Source of the DNA: Vicinamibacteria bacterium
Lineage (GTDB): Bacteria > Acidobacteriota > Vicinamibacteria > Marinacidobacterales > Marinacidobacteraceae
Reading direction: 5' to 3'
NCBI GenBank assembly: GCA_964291235.2
Contig: OZ219815.1
Location: forward strand, 1,120,001 to 1,184,000
Length of the DNA stretch: 64,000 bases
Shown: piece by piece, positions 11,211-20,222 of the stretch
How positions within the stretch are numbered: position 1 is the first letter of the stretch
Layout of the letters: every line of letters begins with the position of its first letter
Made by a program: the position numbers and the translations under genes
Notes under the pieces: generated by a model
Database searches by the model: none
What the model was told of the DNA's origin: nothing
What the model saw: only the letters and a program-made list of their open reading frames with translations

Positions 11211-12431
11211 ATGAGTCCCTGGGATCTGCTGCTGACCGACGCCCGCATCGCGACCATGCGGGCGGACGCATCGACTGCCTACGGCGCGATCGAAGGTGGA
11301 GCGCTCGCGATTCAGAACGGGGAGATCGCGTGGGTCGGAGACAGATCGGACCTTCCCTCGTACCAGGCTCGGGAGACCCGTTCCCTCGAGGGACGCTGGA
11401 TCACCCCCGCCCTCATCGATTGTCACACCCACGCGGTCTTCGGCGGGGACCGTGGCGCCGAGTTCGAGGCGCGGCTCGAAGGCGTGACCTACGAGGAACT
11501 CGCCGCTGCCGGCGGCGGGATCATGGCGACGGTCCGCGCCACCCGGGCCGCCTCGGCGGGGGAGCTCTTGCGGGGGGCGCTCGACCGCCTCGAAGCGATG
11601 GCCGGAGAGGGGACGGCCACCGTCGAGATCAAGTCGGGGTACGGGCTTGACCTCGAAACCGAGATCCGGATGCTGGAGGTGGCGCGCCGTCTGGACGACG
11701 TTTCCGGGTTGTCGGTCCGGACCTCGCTCCTGGCCGCCCATGCCGTGCCGCCCGAGTTCGAGGGCCGGCCGGACGACTACCTGGCCTTCGTCGCCGCCGA
11801 ACTGCTACCCGAGGTCACGCGCCGGGGGCTCGTGGACGCGGTGGACGCCTTCTGCGAACGGATCGCGTTCAGCGCCGCGCAGCTCGTCAGCTTCCTCGAA
11901 CGCGCCCGGGAGTTGGGCCTGCCGATCAAGCTGCACGCCGATCAGCTCACCGATGCGGGGGGCGCGGAACTCGCCGCGCGTTTCGGGGCGCTCTCCGCCG
12001 ACCACCTCGAATACACGCCGGAGGCGGGAATCGAGGCGCTGGCGCGGGCCGGAACGGTAGCCGTGCTGTTGCCCGGCGCCTGGCTGACCCTGGACGAGAG
12101 CCGGCGTCCCCCGGTTGCGGAGCTGCGGCGCCACTCGGTGCCGATGGCGATCGCCACGGATTGCAACCCGGGCACCTCCTCGCTGTGCTCGCTCCCGGAG
12201 GCGATGGCGCTCGGGAGCCGCCTCTTCGGGTTGACGCCCGAGGAATGTCTCGCCGGCGTTACCCGCCACGCCGCGGCCGCGCTGGGACTTCAGGGCGATC
12301 GCGGAACGCTGGAAGTCGGGAAACGGGCCGACGTTGCGGTGTGGGACATCAGCCACCCGCGCGATCTGAGCTATTGGCTCGGCCGCCGGCAGCTCGCCGG
12401 GCTGCTGGTCGCTGGACAGGATCACCCTTAG
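11211..12431 (+). CDS. hutI: Imidazolonepropionase
   Basis: DCHTH, GGGIMATV, EIKSGYGL, DAFCE, HADQL, SADHLE, ATDCNPG. Confidence 0.96.
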   Translation: MSPWDLLLTDARIATMRADASTAYGAIEGGALAIQNGEIAWVGDRSDLPSYQARETRSLEGRWITPALIDCHTHAVFGGDRGAEFEARLEGVTYEELAAAGGGIMATVRATRAASAGELLRGALDRLEAMAGEGTATVEIKSGYGLDLETEIRMLEVARRLDDVSGLSVRTSLLAAHAVPPEFEGRPDDYLAFVAAELLPEVTRRGLVDAVDAFCERIAFSAAQLVSFLERARELGLPIKLHADQLTDAGGAELAARFGALSADHLEYTPEAGIEALARAGTVAVLLPGAWLTLDESRRPPVAELRRHSVPMAIATDCNPGTSSLCSLPEAMALGSRLFGLTPEECLAGVTRHAAAALGLQGDRGTLEVGKRADVAVWDISHPRDLSYWLGRRQLAGLLVAGQDHP

Positions 12432-12571
12432 GCATGTACTTGGCCCGATTCGGGGCCGCAACCGTCAGAATCCGCACCCCGACCGAACCTTTCCACCCGT
12501 TCGGTCGTTCCGGAAGCAGCGGCGCCGTCCGCGCTCAAATCACGATCCTCGACAAAGGAGCAGGAGACCCC

Positions 12572-13066
12572 ATGGCCAAGGCCAAGCACTTCATCCCGGA
12601 CCGCGCGAACGCGGTCACCCCCTATCTCGTCGTCAGTGACGGACAGCGCGCGCTCGCGTGGTACCAGAACGTGCTCGGCGCGACCGTGGACTCCTCGATG
12701 GAGGGCCAGGACGGTGCGGTGATGCACGCCGAACTCCGTTTCGGGGAGAGTCAGATCTACATGGCCCAGGAGTTCCCGGGGCCTCCGGCTGAGGCCGGCT
12801 TCGTGTCCCCGGACACGCTGGGGGGCACCAGCACCACGATCCATCTCTACGTGCCCGACGTGAACGCCGTGCACGCGAAGGCGGTTGCGGAGGGCGCCCG
12901 CGAGATCCGGCCTCCCGGGGACCAGTTCTGGGGAGACCGCATGTCGAACATCGTGGATCCCTTCGGGCATCGCTGGAGCCTTGCGACCCACATCGAGGAC
13001 CTCACCGAGGAAGAGCTCGAAGCGCGGGCGCGGGCCGCGGCCGCGGAATTCGAAGCGCAGACGTAG
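12572..13066 (+). CDS. VOC/glyoxalase family protein (PhnB-like)
   Basis: VTPYLVV, HAELRFG, DQFWGDR...DPFGHRW; AGGAG RBS. Confidence 0.88.
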   Translation: MAKAKHFIPDRANAVTPYLVVSDGQRALAWYQNVLGATVDSSMEGQDGAVMHAELRFGESQIYMAQEFPGPPAEAGFVSPDTLGGTSTTIHLYVPDVNAVHAKAVAEGAREIRPPGDQFWGDRMSNIVDPFGHRWSLATHIEDLTEEELEARARAAAAEFEAQT

Positions 13067-13094
13067 GAATCTCCGCCCGCGGGACCGAGGAGCA

Positions 13095-13519
13095 GGAGCG
13101 CCGGCTTCCAGCCGGCATCGCGGCCTGCGGCCGCGAAACTCCTAGCCGGTATTTCTCATACTGCCGCCGCAGAGATCGATGCAGGATGGTTCCCCTCTCG
13201 GCGGGAACCCCACTAGCCTTGACGTCGCACAGGCACGGGAACGCCGGCCTCCAGGCCGGCACAGCCCGCCGCAGGCGGGCGGCGGGACGGACCTGGCTGG
13301 CCGGACGAGAGCGGCGCATCGTTACACCAACGCATGGGAGCGCCGGCTTCCAGCCGGCATCGCGGCCTGCGGCCGCGAAACTCCCGAATCTCCTCAGCCG
13401 CACCGCGCCCGGCCAAAACGGAGACGGCGTAACGCCCGTGTGCCCTGCGCCGTGGGGCTGAGGGGCAATGCGCGTTTCGCCCGCTCCGCGGGCGATGCCA
13501 GCCTGGAGGCTGGCGCTCC
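13095..13519. repeat. Cluster of four REP-like elements: 13095-13142 (+), 13237-13304 (+), 13336-13385 (+), 13475-13519 (-)
   Basis: GGAGCGCCGGCTTCCAGCCGGCATCGCGGCCTGCGGCCGCGAAACTCC occurs twice identically, plus two variants; lies between convergent genes. Confidence 0.88.
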
Positions 13520-13527
13520 TCGCGTTC

Positions 13528-15381
13528 CTAGAGCGTCCTGAGGAAGGCGATCAGGGCGGGAAGGTCGCCGGCGCTCACCTCGACGCCGAGCCCGGGGTGG
13601 ACCTCGAAGACCTCCCCGAGCGATTTCGCCGAGCCGTCGTGAAGGAGGGCGCGGCGGAACTTCACCCCCCGCAGCGAGGGCGGGTTGAACCGGTCGTTGC
13701 CCAGTGCGTCCGCCAGCCCCACGTTGTGCGCTCCCGGCGAGGTGTACACCGGCGCGGTGTGGCAACGGTTGCAGGTGTAGCGGTCGAACGCCTCCCGTCC
13801 GGCGGCGACCAGCGCGGTCTCTTCCGGCTCAGGGAGTTCGGGCAACTCGAGCGTGCGCAGGTAGGCCGCCAGATCGGTCACCTCGCGTTCCTCGAGTTCC
13901 CGGCCCCGGAGCGTCGTGCGGACCGACTTCTCCACCTGATCCTCGAGTTGGCGGACCTGCCCGTCCCAGGCCCACGGTTTCGTATCGGCCACTCCGAGGA
14001 GCGAGAGAACCCGTTTCGGCGCTCCGTAGTGGCCGTCGCCAAGCGTGTCGGAGAGCCGGTGGTTGGTGTGCCCCCCGACGTGGCAACTCGCGCAACTCAT
14101 CCAGCCGCGAAGCGAAAGGGTGGCGTCGTGGAACAGGAGCTCGCCACGCTTCACCGCGGTCAGGGGGGCGGCCGGCCCGAGCGGCACGCGGGCAATTTCG
14201 GTCTGCCTTTCGAGGGAGACCACCGAAACTTCATCCGAGCGGGTGTTCGCGACGTAGAGGAGCCCGTCCGCGCCGGCCGCAATCGCCGAGGGTCCGCTGC
14301 CCACCCGGGCGTGACTCATCCGCCGGGCATCCGTCCCGCCAAAGGCGAGCCGGCCGACTCCGGACAACGCGATGACCAGGTCGCCCTCCGGCGAGGCGAA
14401 CATCGCCGCCGGGTCTCCCGAGGGGGTGAGAACGTCGCCGAGATCCATGATCCGGGTGCGCCGGACCAGGCGCGGGTTCCCGGAAACCAGGTCGTCCACC
14501 GGCATCAGGCTGACGCTGTTCGTGATGAACACCCCCCAGCGGATGTCATCCGAGGTGGTGTGCATCCCGGTGTGGAGTTCCTGGTGGGCGATCCCCAGAC
14601 GTCCGTCGGGGAGAAGGGTCAGGCCTCTCAGGTTGTGACTGCTCAGTTCGGTGGCGCGCCGCAACGCGCCATCGGCAGCGGAAACGACCGCGAGGCCCCC
14701 GCCGAACGCGTCGGCCACGAGCAGCGTTTCCTCGTCAACAAACACCATCTCCTGGGGTTCGAAGGGGAGCTGGGCGGTCCAGCGCGGCGTCGTCAGCGCC
14801 TCCACCACCCCCTCCGGATCCTGGAGGTCGTGGAACCGGACCTCCCGCGGCCAGAGGCAGGAAACGACCAGCTCCGATTCGCGCGTGACCGCGCGGATCG
14901 GATACCGGCAGGTCGGGACGGCGGCCTCCACTTCGAGGAGTGGATTCGGGGTGGCGGCCGGGAAGGGGCCGGGGGCCGGCCAGAGTTCGTGCCGGGGCCG
15001 CAGCAGGAGGATTTCGTGGGCGTCGTGGTCGAGGGCGACGACCCGGCGGCTCTCGCCGGAACCGCTGCTTCCGCCCGGCAGCGGCGCCAGCGCGGTGATG
15101 TTGCGGCCGACCGGTGTTTCCCCCAGCAAGGTGAGATCGCCGGTGCGGATGACGCTGACGGTGCCCCGGCGGTTGCCGACCAGCAGCACCTCCCCCGCCG
15201 GGGTCCCGGAAAGGAGCGCGATCGCCTGCGGCCGGCGCGGCCCGGCGGCCGCCCCATCGTCCGGCGCCGCCGCCGCGGAGCCTGGATGGGCGCCGCCTCC
15301 GCCGAGCCAGACGGCGCCCACCGCCAGGCCGAGAGCGACCGGCAAGGCGCCTCCCCGGCGCGCCGGGGACCGATTCCGCAT
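13528..15381 (-). CDS. Exported beta-propeller (YncE-like) fused to a di-heme cytochrome c (peroxidase-like) domain
   Basis: Signal-like N-terminus, propeller repeats (LYVANTRSDEVSVV), GELLFHDA, CASCH and CNRCH heme motifs, PPSLRGV...LHDGSA. Confidence 0.8.
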   Translation of the reverse strand: MRNRSPARRGGALPVALGLAVGAVWLGGGGAHPGSAAAAPDDGAAAGPRRPQAIALLSGTPAGEVLLVGNRRGTVSVIRTGDLTLLGETPVGRNITALAPLPGGSSGSGESRRVVALDHDAHEILLLRPRHELWPAPGPFPAATPNPLLEVEAAVPTCRYPIRAVTRESELVVSCLWPREVRFHDLQDPEGVVEALTTPRWTAQLPFEPQEMVFVDEETLLVADAFGGGLAVVSAADGALRRATELSSHNLRGLTLLPDGRLGIAHQELHTGMHTTSDDIRWGVFITNSVSLMPVDDLVSGNPRLVRRTRIMDLGDVLTPSGDPAAMFASPEGDLVIALSGVGRLAFGGTDARRMSHARVGSGPSAIAAGADGLLYVANTRSDEVSVVSLERQTEIARVPLGPAAPLTAVKRGELLFHDATLSLRGWMSCASCHVGGHTNHRLSDTLGDGHYGAPKRVLSLLGVADTKPWAWDGQVRQLEDQVEKSVRTTLRGRELEEREVTDLAAYLRTLELPELPEPEETALVAAGREAFDRYTCNRCHTAPVYTSPGAHNVGLADALGNDRFNPPSLRGVKFRRALLHDGSAKSLGEVFEVHPGLGVEVSAGDLPALIAFLRTL

Positions 15382-15517
15382 TCCCGCATTGTATGGCGGC
15401 TTCGGATGGCCTTCCACGGCGTGCCCGGGCGGCTGAGAACCCGCCTCCTTCGTGGAAACCCGGAGGCGTTTCGAGTCGCGGCGTAAGAATTGCCGCCGGA
15501 CGAGCGAGGGGGATTTG

Positions 15518-16558
15518 ATGTTTCTCAGGAATGCCTGGTACGTCGCCGCCTGGAGCAGCGAGATCGACCGGCGGCTCCAACAGATCCGGGTGCTGGGCGA
15601 GAGGATCTGCATGTTCCGCTCCGACGCGGGCGGGGTCGTGGCGCTCGAAGACGCTTGCCCGCACCGAAAGCTGCCGTTGTCCAAAGGCCGGATCAAGGAC
15701 GGCAATCTGGAATGCGGCTATCACGGCCTGACCTTCGACTGTTCCGGCCAATGCGTCTGGGCGCCGGGGACCGGGGGCATTCCACGGGGCGCCCGGGTGC
15801 GCCGCTACCCGGTGCACGAGAAGTACGGTCTCGCCTGGATCTGGATGGGAGACGCCGCAGCGGCCGATCCGGACGAGATCCTTCCCATTCCCAACTACGA
15901 CGATCCGGATTGGGGAATCAACCGGGGCGCGGCGCTGGAGCTGAAGTGCAACTACCTGTTCGTGTGCGACAACCTGCTGGACCCGACCCATGTCGCCTGG
16001 GTGCACCAATCATCCTTCGGCCAGGACGCGGTGAGGGATGCTCCCCTGCAGGTAACCCAGACGGAGGACGGCATCGTGGTGCACCGCTGGATGATGGATG
16101 TTGAGCCGGCTCCTTTCTACAAGAAGATCGTTGCGTTCGACGGCAATTGCGACCGGCTGCAGCACTATGAGGTCCGGTATCCGTCCCTCGCCCTGGCCCG
16201 CGCGGTCTTCACGCCGGCCGGCACCGGCGGGCCGGACGGGCCGCTGGACGAGAGCACCTTCATCATGGACAGCTACAACTTCATGACCCCGGTCAGCGAG
16301 ACGGAGACCCGCTACTACTGGTTCCAGCTTCGCAATGTCCGGCCCGGCGACGAGGACCTGAGCCGGATGATGAGCGAGGACGTCCGGGACGCCTTCGAGG
16401 AGGATCGCGCCGTCCTCAACGAGGTGCAGATCGGCATGGATACGAGCACTTCACCGCCCATCAACCTGTCCATCGATGGCGGACCGCTGCGTTTCCGGCG
16501 TCAGTTGGAAACGATGATCGCGCGGGAAGCGACCGCCGCTGCCGGGACCGGCGCCTGA
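15518..16558 (+). CDS. Rieske non-heme iron oxygenase alpha subunit (VanA/O-demethylase-like)
   Basis: MFLRNAWYVAA, CPH...CGYH Rieske motif, DNLLDPTHVAWVH, FEED. Confidence 0.9.
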   Translation: MFLRNAWYVAAWSSEIDRRLQQIRVLGERICMFRSDAGGVVALEDACPHRKLPLSKGRIKDGNLECGYHGLTFDCSGQCVWAPGTGGIPRGARVRRYPVHEKYGLAWIWMGDAAAADPDEILPIPNYDDPDWGINRGAALELKCNYLFVCDNLLDPTHVAWVHQSSFGQDAVRDAPLQVTQTEDGIVVHRWMMDVEPAPFYKKIVAFDGNCDRLQHYEVRYPSLALARAVFTPAGTGGPDGPLDESTFIMDSYNFMTPVSETETRYYWFQLRNVRPGDEDLSRMMSEDVRDAFEEDRAVLNEVQIGMDTSTSPPINLSIDGGPLRFRRQLETMIAREATAAAGTGA

Positions 16559-16686
16559 GACCGGAGCGCAGGCCCCGGCGTCCCGGGAACCAGATCGGCT
16601 TTCCCGCGTTGGTCGGAATCGTTCTGCGCGGAGGCCGGCCGGGTGGCTAGAATTCCGGGCTCTTTTTCAAACCCGAGGTACCTCGA

Positions 16687-17472
16687 ATGACCGAACCGAT
16701 CATGATCGAGGCGCGCGATCTCAGCAAGTTCTACGGCCCGTTCGTAGCCGTCGAAAGCGTGCGCTTCGCGATTCCCCGGGGCCAGATCGTGGCGTTCCTG
16801 GGGCCGAACGGCGCCGGCAAGACGACCACGATGAAGATGCTGACCGGGTTTCTTGCGCCCAGCGCCGGCAGCGCCGAGATCGCCGGCCTCGACGTCCATG
16901 AACAGCGCCTGGACGCCACTCGCCGGCTGGGCTATCTGCCGGAGAACGGCCCGCTCTACCCGGACATGACGCCGGCGGAACTGCTCCGGTTCTTTGGGGA
17001 AGCCCGCGAGATCCAGCCGTCGGCCCTGCCCGGCCGGATCAAGGAAGTGGCCGCTCTGTGCGCGATCGATGAGGTGATGGAAAAGCCCATCGGAAAGCTG
17101 TCCCGGGGATTCCGGCAGCGCGTCGGGGTAGCGCAGGCGCTCCTGCACGATCCGGAGGTCCTCATCATGGACGAGCCGACCTCGGGTCTCGACCCCAACC
17201 AGATTCGGGATTTCCGGCAGAACATCCGCCGCCTGGGCGCCGACAAGACCGTCCTCATCTCGACCCACATCCTTCGCGAAGTGGAGGCGGTGGCGGACCG
17301 GGTGCTCGTGGTGAACGGGGGCCGCCTGGTGTTTGACGGCGTGCCGTCGGACCTCGAACGGAATGGTTCGATGGAGGACACGTTCTACGAACTCACCGGC
17401 CGATCTCCGGTTTCGGAGAACGGCGCGGAGACTCCGGCGCCGACGGCGCCGGTCTCGGAAGAGGTCGCGTGA
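16687..17472 (+). CDS. ABC transporter ATP-binding protein (GldA-like)
   Basis: GPNGAGKTT, LSRGFRQR, DEPTSGLDPNQ, STHIL. Confidence 0.92.
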   Translation: MTEPIMIEARDLSKFYGPFVAVESVRFAIPRGQIVAFLGPNGAGKTTTMKMLTGFLAPSAGSAEIAGLDVHEQRLDATRRLGYLPENGPLYPDMTPAELLRFFGEAREIQPSALPGRIKEVAALCAIDEVMEKPIGKLSRGFRQRVGVAQALLHDPEVLIMDEPTSGLDPNQIRDFRQNIRRLGADKTVLISTHILREVEAVADRVLVVNGGRLVFDGVPSDLERNGSMEDTFYELTGRSPVSENGAETPAPTAPVSEEVA

Positions 17473-20201
17473 TGGCTCCAGAGGCGAAAAAAGGTCTCGT
17501 CGAAATACCGAATGTCCGCCGCTCCGTGGTGGCGGCCCTCATGCGGCGGGACCTCCGCATGTATTTCTCGAATCCGTCGGGCTATGTCTTCCTGACGCTC
17601 TTCATCCTGCTGAGTGCGGCCGCCGCGTTCTGGCAGGACCGCTTCTTCCTGAACAACCTGGCGAACCTCGACCAGTTGAACGGGCTGTTCCCGTACATCC
17701 TGCTCTTTTTCATCCCCGCTCTCACCATGTCGGTGTGGGCCGAGGAGAAGAAGCTCGGGACCGACGAACTGCTGCTCACCCTCCCGGCGACCGACCTGGA
17801 GATCGTGCTCGGCAAGTACGCCGCGGTCCTCGGGATCTACGGCGCGGCGCTGGTGCTTTCCCTGAGCCACGCGCTGGTGCTCATGTTCCTCGGAAGCCCC
17901 GACTGGGGCCTGCTCTTCGCCAACTACGTCGGGTACGCGCTCCTCGGGGCGGCGCTGGCCGCGGCCGGGATGGCGGCGTCGCTGCTCACCTCGATCCCCA
18001 CGGTGGCGTTCATCCTGGGAGCGGTCGCGGCGGCCGTCCTGGTGCTGCCGGGGCTCTTCGTCGGTAGCTTCAGCCCCTGGCTCGCGCAGATGCTGGAGCC
18101 GGTCTCGGCCATCTTCCACTTCGACGAGTTCGGGCGCGGGGTCATTCCGTTCACCTCGGTGCTCTATTTCGCCGCGGTCGCGGGCTTCTTCCTCTATCTG
18201 AACGTCCTGTTCATCGGGAAGCGGCACTGGCCGGCCGCCGCCGACGGGTACCGGATGTCCACGCACCACGCGGTCCGGGCCGTTTCGGTGGCGCTCGCGC
18301 TGCTCAGCGCCATCGTGCTCATCTCGCGACTCGGTTTCCGTCTCGACACCACCGCCGAGCGCCTCCATTCGCTTTCCGGCGAGACGCGCGCCCTGCTGCG
18401 CGCCCTGCCTGATGACCGGCCGGTCTTCGTTCAGGCCTATCTGAGTCCGGAGGTCCCGGAGCCGCTCGTCCAGACCCGCGCGACGCTGATGAGCGTTCTT
18501 CGCGAGATGGAGTCGGTGAGCGGAGGCCGCGTCCAGGTGCTGGTGGAGGACACGGAGCCCTTCACCGAGGCGGCCCGGGAAGCGCGGGAGAAGTTCGGCA
18601 TCATGCCGCGGGAGATCCCCAGCGTGAGCTCGGCTCGGACCGGGGTCAGCGATGTGTTCATGGGGGTGGCGTTCACCCGCGCCGCCGAGGAGCAGGTGAT
18701 TCCGTTCTTCGACCGGGGCCTTCCCGTCGAGTACGAGCTCGCCCGCAGCATCCGGGTGGTGGCGAACACCGAAAAGAGGCGGATCGGAGTCATCTCCAAG
18801 GAACTCCGCATCTTTGGCGGCCTCGACTTCCAGACCATGCGGAGTTCGCCGGAGTGGTCGGTGGTGGACGAACTGCGGAAGCAGTACGAAGTGGTGCAGA
18901 TCCAGCCCAACGCCATGATCACCGAGGACGTGGACGGGCTGCTGGTGGTGTTGCCATCGACCCTCGCGGATGACGAAATGAACAACGTCACCGACTTCAT
19001 CCGCACCGGTGTCCCGGCGGTGTTGCTGGTGGATCCGCTTCCGGTGGTGAACATCGGCCTCGCCCCCTCGGAGCCTCCGGGCGCTTCGCAGAATCCGTTC
19101 ATGCAGCAGGGCCAGCCCCCGCCGACCCCGAAGGGGAACATCCAGTCCTTCCTGGCCAATCTGGGGATTTCCTGGGATCCGGGCGGAATCGTCTGGGACG
19201 CCTACAACCCGCATCCCGACCTCGGGCATCTGCCTCCGGAGGTGGTGTTCCTCGGCGAGGGAAGTGGCAACCTCGAGGTTTTCTCGGACGCTTCCGCGGC
19301 GAGCGCCGGACTGCAGCAGGTGGTCCTCATCTATCCCGGGTACTTCGAACCCCTGCCGGGAGGGGCGGCCGAGTTTGAGCCGCTGCTGACCACCGGAGAT
19401 GTTTCCGGCGTCTTGCCGTACTTCCAGATGGTGCAGCGGAACTTCCTGGGTTCCCAACTGAACCCCAACCTGCCGCACCGGCCCGACCCGATGAACTACG
19501 TGGTCGCCGCGGAGGCGCGGACCTTCCGTCCGGAGTCGGCGGAGACCGGGGACGACGAAGAACCAGAGCCGGGCGCCGAGGCGGACAGCACCCGGATCAT
19601 CGCCATCGCCGACCTCGATTTCATTTCGGAGCAGTTCTTCGAACTGCGCCGGATCGGGCCGCCGAACCTGAATTTCGACAACGTGTCGTTCTTCCTGAAC
19701 GCGATGGACGTCCTCGTTGGGGACGAGTCCTTCGTGGCGCTCCGCAACCGTCGGGTGCGCCACCGCACGCTCGAAACGGTCGAGTCCCGGGTACGCGAGT
19801 TCACCGAACAGCGGAGCTTCGAAGAGGATGAAGCCGAATCCAGCGCCCAGGAGGCGCTCCGCCAGGCTCAGGAGCGGCTCGACCGCCGGGTCGCGGCGGT
19901 GCAGGAGCGCGACGATCTCGACGCCCAGGCCAAGCAGATCATGGCCCGGAACCTTCAAGAGGTGGAGAACCGGCGTTTCAGCGTGCTCGAAGCCAACATC
20001 AATGCCGAGAAGGACGCGCAGGTCCGCGCCAGCGAGGAACGGATGGAAGCGCAGATCCGGCGCATCCAGAGCGGCATCCGTACCGCCGCGGTGCTGCTGC
20101 CCCCGATTCCGGTATTCCTGCTCGGGGTGTTCACCTTCGTGCGCCGGCGAAGGGCGGAGTTCGAGGGGGCGGCCGCCGCGCGCCGCCTGCGACAGCGTTA
20201 G
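17469..20201 (+). CDS. Fused ABC-2 permease (GldF-like) and GldG/ABC_transp_aux periplasmic domain
   Basis: YFSNPSGY, PALTMSVWAEEKKLGTDELLLTLP, DTTAERLHSLS, EYELARSI, C-terminal coiled coil and TM helix. Confidence 0.85.
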   Translation: MMAPEAKKGLVEIPNVRRSVVAALMRRDLRMYFSNPSGYVFLTLFILLSAAAAFWQDRFFLNNLANLDQLNGLFPYILLFFIPALTMSVWAEEKKLGTDELLLTLPATDLEIVLGKYAAVLGIYGAALVLSLSHALVLMFLGSPDWGLLFANYVGYALLGAALAAAGMAASLLTSIPTVAFILGAVAAAVLVLPGLFVGSFSPWLAQMLEPVSAIFHFDEFGRGVIPFTSVLYFAAVAGFFLYLNVLFIGKRHWPAAADGYRMSTHHAVRAVSVALALLSAIVLISRLGFRLDTTAERLHSLSGETRALLRALPDDRPVFVQAYLSPEVPEPLVQTRATLMSVLREMESVSGGRVQVLVEDTEPFTEAAREAREKFGIMPREIPSVSSARTGVSDVFMGVAFTRAAEEQVIPFFDRGLPVEYELARSIRVVANTEKRRIGVISKELRIFGGLDFQTMRSSPEWSVVDELRKQYEVVQIQPNAMITEDVDGLLVVLPSTLADDEMNNVTDFIRTGVPAVLLVDPLPVVNIGLAPSEPPGASQNPFMQQGQPPPTPKGNIQSFLANLGISWDPGGIVWDAYNPHPDLGHLPPEVVFLGEGSGNLEVFSDASAASAGLQQVVLIYPGYFEPLPGGAAEFEPLLTTGDVSGVLPYFQMVQRNFLGSQLNPNLPHRPDPMNYVVAAEARTFRPESAETGDDEEPEPGAEADSTRIIAIADLDFISEQFFELRRIGPPNLNFDNVSFFLNAMDVLVGDESFVALRNRRVRHRTLETVESRVREFTEQRSFEEDEAESSAQEALRQAQERLDRRVAAVQERDDLDAQAKQIMARNLQEVENRRFSVLEANINAEKDAQVRASEERMEAQIRRIQSGIRTAAVLLPPIPVFLLGVFTFVRRRRAEFEGAAAARRLRQR

Positions 20202-20222
20202 AGCGGTGAGGAGAGAGAAGAG

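Noticed and set aside
12440-12530. SRP RNA or riboswitch (CCGGAAGCAGC plus hairpins) upstream of the VOC gene
   Set aside because: Lacks the CAGG...GGAA...AGCAG helix-8 arrangement; only simple hairpins are supported
13095-13385. Identical 48-bp repeats as a CRISPR array
   Set aside because: Only two identical copies about 240 bp apart, mixed with variant and inverted copies; no regular spacers and no cas genes
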